Shown in pieces: positions 40,073-50,597 of a stretch of DNA of 64,000 nt. The stretch spans positions 1 to 64,000 of the forward strand of contig LT649235.1 in the NCBI GenBank assembly GCA_900128395.1, given 5' to 3'. The translations under genes and the position numbers were made by a program. The notes beneath the pieces were generated by a model. It saw only the letters and a list, made by a program, of their open reading frames with translations. It ran no database searches and was not told the DNA's origin. The DNA comes from Stramenopiles sp. TOSAG23-2. Taxonomy: Eukaryota. Position 1 is the stretch's first letter. Each line of letters begins with the position of its first letter.

Positions 40073-40818
40073 GAGTGCGTAAAATGACGAAATTTCATTT
40101 GTATATATATACCGCATACCACGGTATTATGTGTATCATATATTATTCCTAGAGAAATATTTTCTTTATACGTATTTAAAATAAATAATCTTGAGAAATA
40201 AGAATATATAGTTATAGAATGTGCGAATAGTGAAATAATAATAAAAATGTTGTTTTAAATTTTGATCGAACTATTCCTTATTTGTACCTTACTGTACCAG
40301 GCTTATCAGCTTCTCTCTTTCTCTCTGCTTCTTACCACCAATATTTTACTACTTTAAACTTGGTACAACGAATATGATATACGAATATATACTTCACATA
40401 CTATTTACAGAAAATAGTAATGAGATATTTAGAGAAATCATTCAAAACCAATTTTAATAAGACGGAAAGAATAAAATTACACACACACACACACACACAC
40501 AGATATATCTGTATATGTATATATGTATATGCATTTGTAAAACACTGTAATATTCCAATGGACAACAAAAATTGGTGATATAATAAATTTTATAAATGAG
40601 ATAATTTAAAGAAAAAAATAAAATTCTGTTAATAATAAAGGATTGATTATTATTGGATGTTAGACATAGAAATATATAGATATAGTCTATATATATATAT
40701 ATATAATTTCAATAATATAACAACAGAATCAATTTGAATATATAATTTCGAAATATATACGTGATAATCATTTTATTTGTTTACGTATATATATAAGTCC
40801 AATTTTGGTAGTAGAATC

Positions 40819-41097
40819 ATGTCAGCTTATTCCAATATTACCAATAATAATAATAATAGTACTAATACTAATAATGCATCTAACGATAGCGTTATAGCAA
40901 CAACAATAATATGGTATGAGTTACCTGGTATTACTGCGTTTATTGTTGTTTTTTCAATATTTGTCTGTATTTGTTCTTGTTGTGTCTGTCTTTATAAATT
41001 TACTGGTAAAAAAGAATTACATCGAGGTGAGAGTATCAACCAATCTCGAAAAGTAATACCTCGTAGTAGTGTTCAACGAGAATATGAAATGACATGA
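40819..41097 (+). CDS. Small single-pass membrane protein (92 aa) with a juxtamembrane Cys cluster
   Basis: ATG at 40819, several N-x-S/T sequons, TM segment ITAFIVVFSIFVCICSCCVCLY, then a basic tail. Confidence 0.55.
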   Translation: MSAYSNITNNNNNSTNTNNASNDSVIATTIIWYELPGITAFIVVFSIFVCICSCCVCLYKFTGKKELHRGESINQSRKVIPRSSVQREYEMT

Positions 41098-41811
41098 CAT
41101 AATAATAAATGAACTTTCCATTTTTTTTTTTGTGGAAACAACACAGAAGCAAATAATATAGGATAAATATAATAGATGATGTACATAAAATCTGTGTGTT
41201 CACCCATCGATATATTAAGTAAGCATGCGAAATTTTTTTGGAATATATATATATTAGAGTATTAATATATATAGATCGTATATATAATAGATAGACCAAT
41301 CTAACTAGATATAGTTGATAAAACAGTTTTTGCTTTTCGTATCCTTTTATTTTTTTAATTAATTTTGAAAAATTAAAAATATTGTTTTTTTAAAATAAAA
41401 TAAAATATATTTTAAAGATGGAGAGAGAGTGATACTTTATGAATTTAATTTTCATAATATGTGGGGGGAAGTAAAATTAATTATATACGAACGTATATAC
41501 GAAAAGTATATATATATTAAAATACGCGTAATATTAATATTGTACACCGGGTAATAGATATATGTATCATACTTCGTACATATTTAAATATAAAAAACTT
41601 AGACTTTAATCAATCATAATGATATCATATGATAATATACATAATGATACATCGTATACTGATACATGTACGGTATATATACGAGTATATATGCCATACG
41701 CGTATAATATATATATATTGCGTAAATTAAAATTAATACTCGTACGTATATGCCAATTCCAATTCGTGACTACCTTATGACGTATTTATATATATACACA
41801 CACAAATCTTT

Positions 41812-42657
41812 TTACTTTTCCTCTTCGTCTAAATTTATATCATTTAATGGTATCCCATCATCAACAACAACATCTGAGGTGGTAGTTGCTGATGATGATC
41901 TTGTACCATTATTTGGATTTTGATCACCTATAGATTCTTGTTTCGTTATAATATCGTTATCTTCATTATTATTATTTGCCACCGTATTATTATTATCAAT
42001 ATTTTTTTCACCAACTAAATTTTCTATATTAAATTCTATAAACATTTTCATCAATTCCAATTGTTTTTCAGGTCCAGTTAGTTTATTTCTTGCAATATCA
42101 TCCGATATCTTTTTAATATTTGTACGAAAATCTTTTTTTTCCATCTCATCTTTATATTTCTCCATAAATTGCTTCGTTAATAAATCTAAATACATATCCA
42201 CGCGTTTCCTTAATACTTGTTCTACATCTTTTACCCAAGATGTTACATCTACAAAGATAATTGCACGTATATCACCATACTCTTTGACAGTCATTTCCAT
42301 GATTTCCATAGGCTTTACAATACTATGTGCTACCATTTCAGATTGCGCTTGACGTGTTGTTTTACGAAAATGTTGCCTCGTAGCTCGTGGCTTCTCAAAA
42401 CGGACACGCTCTAACTTTCCTGACGTCTTATCGATCGAATGGGCAAATTGGTAAAATGTTTTTACCAATGCATCTACACCATCTGTACTATCTGCACCAC
42501 CCCATTTTTTTTTATGTTCAAATATAGTTAATTGTGTTTTGACATCCATAATAACAACTCTTTTTATTGAATGTATAAATAGTTGCTCATTATTATTATT
42601 TTTAGCATTACTATTTCTTTGGTCTTCGTTTGTTTCATTTAATAAGACAGTAGTCAT
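41812..42657 (-). CDS. Hypothetical protein, possible longin-like fold
   Basis: 281-aa ORF with a beta-beta-alpha-beta(3)-alpha-like pattern (RVVIMDVKTQLTIFE; DALVKTFYQFAHSI; AIIFVD; YLDLLTKQFMEKY). The fold call is tentative. Confidence 0.6.
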   Translation of the reverse strand: MTTVLLNETNEDQRNSNAKNNNNEQLFIHSIKRVVIMDVKTQLTIFEHKKKWGGADSTDGVDALVKTFYQFAHSIDKTSGKLERVRFEKPRATRQHFRKTTRQAQSEMVAHSIVKPMEIMEMTVKEYGDIRAIIFVDVTSWVKDVEQVLRKRVDMYLDLLTKQFMEKYKDEMEKKDFRTNIKKISDDIARNKLTGPEKQLELMKMFIEFNIENLVGEKNIDNNNTVANNNNEDNDIITKQESIGDQNPNNGTRSSSATTTSDVVVDDGIPLNDINLDEEEK

Positions 42658-43325
42658 AATTTCAATTCTTGCTTGTTATAATTAGTTATATAATCAATAT
42701 GTTATTATAAACGAAGATATTTATGTGTTATACATATTGATTTATTCAAATATAAATATATTAGCTACTATTCGTCGTCTAGATGTGATGATGGACATAT
42801 CTTTTTTTGATAAATAATATTTATTTCTTCTGTACATGTACCTCTGGTGTTGGTATAGATAAAATATAAATACGAGGAGCTTTCCAGCTCTACTGGTAAA
42901 TCCTTAAATATGAGGTACACATGAGTGATAGAGGGTGCACAGCTTGAATAATATAGTACAAAGTACAGTAGTCGTCTATACTATAAACTATTCCTATTTA
43001 GTACCATCACACCATTAATGGTATGAAACGCATATCCGATAGATGATCCTATCTAGTACTGTAAGGTGCTAAGTACAATAATATCAAGATTATTTCAAAA
43101 ACACGTTATATTTTGTTAGAATATGTACATTAGGTATATTATACCACCTGGTAATATTACTGTTAGCCTTCTTTTCTGTGTGGTATTAATACAATATGTA
43201 GAATACATAGAGAGAGATATATTCAGAGATTAAATATACAGATCAAATTATACAAAACATTTACATTCATAGTGAAACTGAAAAAGATAAAGAAAAGAAA
43301 TAGTTGATCTAGAAATATATAAAAC

Positions 43326-44648
43326 ATGCAAGCGATTGATGTCAAAGCAGCTGGTGTTGCGTTTCGTGCAGATGCTGAAACTGCAAAACAATGTTTTACA
43401 TTTCCAAACCCACCATTAACACCACATAACGTAAAAAAATATCGTAAATCTATGACAGAAGAACCAGGGAAAAGAATTGTACATTATGGTATTATTGATG
43501 ATCAAATGAAAGTTGGGGCAGAAAGGGCACAAAGACGATATGGTACTAATACGGCCGATACAGGTGAAAAAGTTGGTGATGTATTTCCACATGGACCTCA
43601 AACTGATATGTCACGTTATTTAAATGACAGAAAAGAAGCTATTTATAAAACAAGAAAAAATGAAGTGTTAGGCAAAACTTTAGATCGTGGTGTTAAGTTA
43701 CCATCCAAAACAGAACATGAAGATTTTCGTTTTGGTTCCGCACCGAAGAAAGCAAGTGATGTTGGCGCTAAAGATTTATTATATCCAGTCCCTGCTCGCG
43801 AATCAAAAGAAGCATTGCGCTTGTATCAAAAAAGTCATGGTACTTTTGAACCCGGTGAGCAACGCAGAAGATATGAAGGTGAGGAAAACGACCTTGGGTT
43901 TGACGTACAAAAGAAACGGTTTGGAATGGTAGGCGCAATGGGCGATCAAAACGGTGTACAAAAATGTTTAACCAACGTAGAAGTCGCAAATGGAAACTCA
44001 GGTAGTGTATTGCATATCGTACCAAAAAATGTTGCTCGTTATAAAGAAAGTGTTGAGCATAAACTTGGACAATGTAAAAATTTAGGACAATCAGGTAGTC
44101 GACCACCAAACCATAAAACACATGCATATGGTGTAGTAGACAAACAAGGACAGAATTGGGGTGCAGCTGAATGCATTCAAGGCAGTTATACAGAAGACGA
44201 TCAAATGCCAGATATTGATTTAGGCCGTAGTGTCACACCTGGATGGAGAAATGATACTACAACGAACAGAACCTTCGGTTGCCCAACTATAAGAACAGAT
44301 GTCAAACCGCCAAAAAAACGTTCGGTAGGAGATGGACAAAATTACGGTGATGATACCAATGCATTTGCATTGTTACATCCAGCACAATTTGCTGGAATGG
44401 GTGTAGCAGATGAAGATTTTATTGAATTACGCACTCGCGATGAAGTAAGGGAAATATTTAAAGCGATCAAGGTTGATTTGGAAGATTACGAATTTAATTT
44501 AATTTGTGAACGAGCAGAAGTTGCATATAAATTTAAAGCATCAAAAGGTACAGGTACATTAACAGTTGAATCATTTAGACAAGCATATAATGAATATGAC
44601 AACGCGAAAGCAACAGGTACGACACCAAGTTGGTGGAATAAGAAGTAA
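43326..44648 (+). CDS. EFHB: EF-hand domain family member B (CFAP21)-like ciliary microtubule inner protein
   Basis: Motifs LYQKSHG..EPGEQ..R.Y, PDIDLGRS, FGCPTIRTD..PPK.RSV.D.QNYGDD and LL.P..F...GV..EDF...R...E...IF. Confidence 0.85.
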   Translation: MQAIDVKAAGVAFRADAETAKQCFTFPNPPLTPHNVKKYRKSMTEEPGKRIVHYGIIDDQMKVGAERAQRRYGTNTADTGEKVGDVFPHGPQTDMSRYLNDRKEAIYKTRKNEVLGKTLDRGVKLPSKTEHEDFRFGSAPKKASDVGAKDLLYPVPARESKEALRLYQKSHGTFEPGEQRRRYEGEENDLGFDVQKKRFGMVGAMGDQNGVQKCLTNVEVANGNSGSVLHIVPKNVARYKESVEHKLGQCKNLGQSGSRPPNHKTHAYGVVDKQGQNWGAAECIQGSYTEDDQMPDIDLGRSVTPGWRNDTTTNRTFGCPTIRTDVKPPKKRSVGDGQNYGDDTNAFALLHPAQFAGMGVADEDFIELRTRDEVREIFKAIKVDLEDYEFNLICERAEVAYKFKASKGTGTLTVESFRQAYNEYDNAKATGTTPSWWNKK

Positions 44649-44843
44649 AAATCTTTGTGCGTATGAAAGATGTTTTTAATTAATATTTTTATAATAATTT
44701 ATATAAAACAATAAAGAAATACTCTCGTAAAAAAAAAGGTTTAAATATTTTTTATACCACCGTATATATATTTTTTTTATATATCATATATCATACGATA
44801 GTGTGTTCGTAATAAATTTATACATTTAAATATCTACACACTG

Positions 44844-46066
44844 CTAGCTACGAAGTACTGTGTGTGTTGTGGTATTTTCTGCACTTTTTGTTACCAGTTG
44901 TCCATATCCTTGATTTAAATCTTCAATAGTATCATCTATAAACATTACATTCATGCTAGTATTTTCATTGAAGACTGTAGTTATGAAATGATCTAAAGAT
45001 ATCATCTCTTCCTTTATCTTCTTTTTCATTATAGTAATTGAACTTTTTTTTAATGAATCAGACAAATTTCCATTTCCATTTTTCTCTTGTAATTTTAATT
45101 TCCGCGGAATTCTTAAATTTGTATATATTTTAAAAAGACGTCTTGGATCACTCTCACAGCATTTTTGCATATTAATGAATTTGTCAATTCGTTTTCCATT
45201 TATTTCATCAGCTTCAAATATATTTTCCAATATAAAAGCAACGTTTCTTTGTGTAATTGACATATTAATTACTTTTGATTTTGAACTTAACCAGCAGCAT
45301 CCTTGATGGTGTCACTTATTTCACCATATTTAGCTCGGCTACGTTTTGCCTTTTCATTGACTGATTTTATCGCACGTTCTTGACGCACAGCAATACTTTT
45401 AAAGTAATCAACGTCCTCTTTTAGTGCATCTTCATAAGATGGCTCATTGATAGCACTTTTATGAAATGCATCTACCATTTTTCCTAATAATATTTGAGCG
45501 TTTTTGCTATTTTTACTTTTTATTGTTTTTCGTATTGTATCGAGGAGTGTCAGAGCATCTCCAGCAGTTTTAATATCTCTTTCTTTCAATTCATTTTTCA
45601 AATTGGAAATTACATCATAAAAATTTGACGTAATTTGTTTATCTGTAAATTTTTGGCGTACTGACGTCATTTTGTTGATCCTATTGTTTAATACTATAAT
45701 TTGATGATTAGGTTGAATTGATTTAATAAATTGTCCCGTATTATTGAATTTAGAAATTGATATGTTGTTACTACCACCATTATCAACTTCAAGACCATCA
45801 TAATCAATTGCTGAATTAGTTGCAGAAAGAGATGATGATTGAGGTAGTAATTCATCAGACCGTTGAGGTAATTTGTCATTAAGAAAATACGTGTTTAATT
45901 TTTTCATTTTAAATTTAGTAGATTTATATCCAAATTCATTGAAAATTGCATCTCTCCAAGAAACATCTTCGTCGTTATTGTCCTCATCTTCATCTAAATT
46001 ATTTATATCCTCGTTTTCCATACTGATATGGCTAGGATATTGTTGATAATATTGCATTCGCTTCAT
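44844..46066 (-). CDS. Hypothetical protein (coiled-coil-like), split by an apparent 1-nt frameshift near 45290
   Basis: ORFs 46066-45287 and 45263-44844 join into one 407-aa frame if one T is added at GGT/TAA (giving DAAG-LSSKSKVIN-MSIT). Confidence 0.5.
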
Positions 46067-46609
46067 GTTCTTTTTCTTTCTTGTCTACTAATAATACGTT
46101 CATGCATAAAATATATTGATGATTTTATTCCTTTATATTACACAGTTAGTGAAATAATGTTTATAGTGTATACGCACATTCGTACAATGCATATTACATA
46201 TATATATATGAAATTGTATTTGGGGTACATATTTTTGCACCACATTTTCAAAAAATAACTGCTGGACTGATATAATCTAGGTCCTAGACTTTTAGGACTG
46301 ATATGTGCTATGTGCTCTGTGCTCAAAAATACACACGTTTAAGGTATAAATATTTTTAACTTCTTTTTTTTTTACTATATGCAACCTGGTATTGCCAGAT
46401 TGCAACCCAGGAACTATTTTGTATTTGTGCTAGATAGACCTTATTTATATTTGAATTATTGTGTATTTTTTTTATTATTATTATTATTAAAAAATACACT
46501 TGTAAAATTTTCAAATATGTATTGCAAATATAAATTTTAAATGTATATATAGAATATATACATAAACACAAAATAATAAAATCCATTAAAACAACGAAAA
46601 AAAGAAAAA

Positions 46610-48043
46610 ATGGCTACTTCATGGCTAAATAATGTAACAAATGCACTAGAATCATTAGATCAAGCTGCAGAGACAGCATTGACTACAGAGGAAGAAAGGC
46701 AAGAAGTAGAAATTGCACTTGAAGAGGAACGACAATTTGCAATTGATGAAGCAATAGACCGGGATAAACAAAACAATGCTATAAAGTATCTTAGTCGTAA
46801 CAATAAACGAGATATGTACAGCAATAAAGTTAATGATAGGGATAACAACACTAGTAACAATTATAATAATAATGATAATTTCAATGGTAATAAGGATGAT
46901 GAATATGTTGATGACGATGATGATGATGAATTTGATGATAGCAACATTGACAATAATTATAATAATAATAATAATAATAATAGTGATAGTGATAGATATA
47001 ATAATAACAACCAAACGTTTACCCCAGAAGCAATTTACAACCAACAATCCATTGCAAACGATTTGACCGATGATTTACATGCAATTGAAATGGCATTGAA
47101 GCGCGAAAGATTGGAAAGAAGAAAAGATAAAGAAGAAGCAGACATCCGAGCAGAAGAGTTAAGGAAAGCTAATACCGACTTAACAAAAGCTTTAACAAAA
47201 GCAGAACTTACGATACAAAAATTACGAGATGCTGCCGAGTCAACAAGTATTGAAGACATTCAACGTGATGCTTTAAGGCAAGCAGATAGTGCACAAGTTG
47301 ATAAAGCAAATCGTGAAATTGAAAGGCTGCAACGCGATTTGATAAAACGAGATGTAGAAATTGAAAATTTATTGTTGAAAAATAAAAATATGCAACAACG
47401 TATGGAAAAACATAATACTGTAACCACTGAGCGTGATCAACACATGCAAAAGTTAGAACGTGAATATCGTAACAAAATTGCTACAAAACAAAGCGATTTT
47501 GAACGTTTAAAGCGACACGCAGATCGATTGCAAAAAGAATTAGATTCGTATGTTGGAAAGAGTGCCATGTTGGAACAACGTATGCGACAAGTTGAAATAA
47601 AAAAACAAGAAAGTATTACAAGGCGCAGAAAAATGGAAGAAAATAGTTCTATATTAAATGAAGATGATTATATGGATGAGGATGCAGATTTAGAAAGAGG
47701 TTTTAATAGCCAATATGGTAGCATTAGATCAAGTAAATACGCTCGGCGAAGGCGGACAAAAGGTATAGCATCTGCGTTAGCTCCATTGACACCTTTGACT
47801 AAGAATCGTCGTGTTAGACGTGCAATAGACCAAGTTGATCGGTGGTCATTAGAAACTGGGCGTGTATTAGAGCGTTTTCCGTTGGCACGTTTAATATTTG
47901 TTGTATATCTTGTCACCCTGCATTTATGGGTATTTATTTTACTTGGTCATCACTCACATTCAATGAATCATAATGCAGGTGGTTCAGGACATGCAATACC
48001 TGGAGCAATGCCTGCTGCTCCACCCCCACCACAGCGAAGGTAA
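46610..48043 (+). CDS. Golgin-84 (GOLGA5)-like tail-anchored coiled-coil protein
   Basis: N-terminal SWL.....ALESLDQAA, a long coiled coil, and C-terminal D.WSL..GR.L.RFPLARL.F.VY...LHLWVFILL. Confidence 0.75.
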   Translation: MATSWLNNVTNALESLDQAAETALTTEEERQEVEIALEEERQFAIDEAIDRDKQNNAIKYLSRNNKRDMYSNKVNDRDNNTSNNYNNNDNFNGNKDDEYVDDDDDDEFDDSNIDNNYNNNNNNNSDSDRYNNNNQTFTPEAIYNQQSIANDLTDDLHAIEMALKRERLERRKDKEEADIRAEELRKANTDLTKALTKAELTIQKLRDAAESTSIEDIQRDALRQADSAQVDKANREIERLQRDLIKRDVEIENLLLKNKNMQQRMEKHNTVTTERDQHMQKLEREYRNKIATKQSDFERLKRHADRLQKELDSYVGKSAMLEQRMRQVEIKKQESITRRRKMEENSSILNEDDYMDEDADLERGFNSQYGSIRSSKYARRRRTKGIASALAPLTPLTKNRRVRRAIDQVDRWSLETGRVLERFPLARLIFVVYLVTLHLWVFILLGHHSHSMNHNAGGSGHAIPGAMPAAPPPPQRR

Positions 48044-48176
48044 TAAAGAAGGATGGGTGATTTATTTATTGCGTAGTATATTATATTAAATATGATATAT
48101 AAATTTAATTACATACATATATGTATGATATGCACAAAATATATATTTTTCTTGGTATTTTTATTTTTTGAAAGAA

Positions 48177-48394
48177 AGAGAGAGAGAGAGAGAGTCAAGA
48201 TGAAAAGTAATATCATATATATCATATATACTCGTTTGATACTCTTTATATATAACGTATCATACGAGTCGTATGATGTAATATATACTCTTCGTACAAC
48301 ACGTACAGTACACGTACGATGTATCATCTGACTTCGATTTTAGTGAGATAGATATTAATATTCATCTTGACTCTCTCTCTCTCTCTCTCTCTCT
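48177..48394. repeat. Inverted repeat with microsatellite ends: (AG)n-TCAAGATGAA...TTCATCTTGA-(CT)n
   Basis: Left arm 48177-48214 and right arm 48351-48394 are reverse complements with 2 mismatches. The internal near-palindrome ATCATACGA-G-TCGTATGAT sits at 48259-48277. Confidence 0.8.
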
Positions 48395-48599
48395 ACAAAG
48401 TATTAAAAAATACGTGTATATTTTCGTTATTGCATTAATTATAGTATGATATCATATCATACGCTTCGTATTATATTTTTTATAAAGATCTAAAGCAAAA
48501 ATTAAATATCATATACGAAGCGGTTCGTATCAAATACACACACTCTCTTCCTCTCTTTCTTTCTTGCTTTTCAAAAACTTTTTAAGCAAAGAACATTTT

Positions 48600-50099
48600 T
48601 TAAACTACACTCATTGTCGCTAAATCAAGACGTTTAATGCCATCCGGATACAAAAATGGATCAATTGTTGCTACTTTTTTTAACAATTCACCTGGACAAC
48701 CATCGCTAATACTCCATAATTTGTCAAGTGCCATACGTTCAACTTCTTGAACACCAGGCGCCATTTGCTTATCTTTCATAAGTACACTTAAATAATTAAA
48801 ACATTCATCCTTTGAAAAAGGCTCGACAGTAACTTTATGCATTTTATAATCAACACGTTTATCAAGCTCTTTCGATTTATTACCAAACCTCGCGGTAGTC
48901 GCACCAAGAACAAACCCATTTACAGGTTTTGCAACGTTGCTTAAACCTGTGAGATCAAATATTTGAAAAGGTCTTACGCCAGCTAAATTGCTTGGCCACA
49001 AATCGACTTGTTTATATGCATATATAGATTTTAAATACAAAGAATCGACTTCATCAATAGCTATCAAGACAGGCACCTCTGTTGCTAAACTCATTTCCTG
49101 GCGTACTGCATTCAAAATGAAACTAGATTCAACTACTTTTCTTATACCATGTTCAACTAATTTTAATAAGTTTGGCGCAACCTTTTTCAAGTGATCTTGC
49201 TTTACTTTAACCTTTACTAATTCATTTCTATGAAGTTTGTACAACCTTTTTAAATACGGCACAGTAACCTCTGGTTGATCAAAAACATTTGGTAACGTGT
49301 CAACTTTCGATGGACGTACACTTAAACCACCTTCGGTAAACATTGTTGGTGATGGAAGATGTAACGTAAGCCACCCCGCTTTCCTAAAAGTGTCCACGGC
49401 TACCTGCAAAGTCGTTGTCTTGCCACATCCTGCAACACCATCTAAAATGACTGCTCCTGTATTTATTTGATCATAAAATGGAGTTTCAGATGGATGCAAA
49501 GGATAATCACAAACTTTTCTATTGATGCTATCGATTAATTTGGAAATAAATGGTCGTATATATATCTTTCGATTTTCATCGACGAGAAGTTTCGGATCAT
49601 TCCAGTGACTTGGTAAGCCATCTTGCAATTGCAACGTGACAAACTCTTTTTCAACCAACTTTGACATCGGCCAAGGTAAGAATTTCATTTCAATATTTTC
49701 CCACGTTCCCGTCTTTTCTTTATTTTCTTCGTATATCTTCATTACAGTTTCTGCTTCTTCTGGCGTTGAAAATTCCAATACAGCACCTCGTTGTTGGCCG
49801 AGCCAGGTAATATTTGCGGATTCATTGATCCCAGAAACCAAGCTAAAGAAACTGCTTTTCTTTTCCATATCCCCATTCAAATTTTCATCTGAAAATTTGG
49901 CCTTCAACCATCGGCGTTCTTGAGTATCATCATTATTATTGTTCTCACCACCTTCATAATTCTTTGTTGTATAATATTTAAAATGTGTTGATGAAAAAGT
50001 TTGGTTTACATCAGTAATAGTATAATTTATTCCTCCTTTTGCATTTTTCATCAACGACGAGCGTCTTGTCGCTGCTTTCCATATATTATTCAACAACAT
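48600..50099 (-). CDS. DAP3: Mitochondrial small-subunit ribosomal protein mS29 (DAP3)
   Basis: Presequence-like N-terminus, ILDGVAGCGKT, GWLTLHLPS, FDQP, PVLIAIDEVDSL and SDGCP. Confidence 0.82.
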   Translation of the reverse strand: MLLNNIWKAATRRSSLMKNAKGGINYTITDVNQTFSSTHFKYYTTKNYEGGENNNNDDTQERRWLKAKFSDENLNGDMEKKSSFFSLVSGINESANITWLGQQRGAVLEFSTPEEAETVMKIYEENKEKTGTWENIEMKFLPWPMSKLVEKEFVTLQLQDGLPSHWNDPKLLVDENRKIYIRPFISKLIDSINRKVCDYPLHPSETPFYDQINTGAVILDGVAGCGKTTTLQVAVDTFRKAGWLTLHLPSPTMFTEGGLSVRPSKVDTLPNVFDQPEVTVPYLKRLYKLHRNELVKVKVKQDHLKKVAPNLLKLVEHGIRKVVESSFILNAVRQEMSLATEVPVLIAIDEVDSLYLKSIYAYKQVDLWPSNLAGVRPFQIFDLTGLSNVAKPVNGFVLGATTARFGNKSKELDKRVDYKMHKVTVEPFSKDECFNYLSVLMKDKQMAPGVQEVERMALDKLWSISDGCPGELLKKVATIDPFLYPDGIKRLDLATMSVV

Positions 50100-50597
50100 G
50101 ATTCTTTTTATATGTATATCTTGTTTATTAATTATATATTTCCTGTAAATTGTATATTATAAGTAGGTGTCTACTATATGATAATATATATATACAAGGT
50201 GTGTGTGGATGGTTAATTCATTTATAGTACTCTCTTTGTTGTTGTTGTTGTTGTTTTTTTTGTTGTTTTTTTGTTCTATTTCCAGATTTCACAATCTTAA
50301 TCTGGCAATCCCCAGGTCCTGTATGTAGTCTAACAAATGTAGTCGTCTATGTATAATAGTGCCGAGAGCTATCCATCATTTTTGCCATTTGCGCAAATAA
50401 TAATACCTGGTAATATTAGCGAAGAAGAAATGTGCTGCTGCATGCATCAAATAATAGTAGAAATAGATGTCTCAATCACTATATTCAATATATTAATATA
50501 CAGTATTCAATAATCTTTTAAAACATTCAGATAGACAATACGTAAAGTAATCATAACAATATAACACTCGCGGAGAGTGTATCAATACTCGTAAAAT

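Noticed and set aside
40478-40501. (AC)n and the many (AT)n/(AAT)n microsatellites
   Set aside because: Ordinary slippage repeats in an AT-rich genome.
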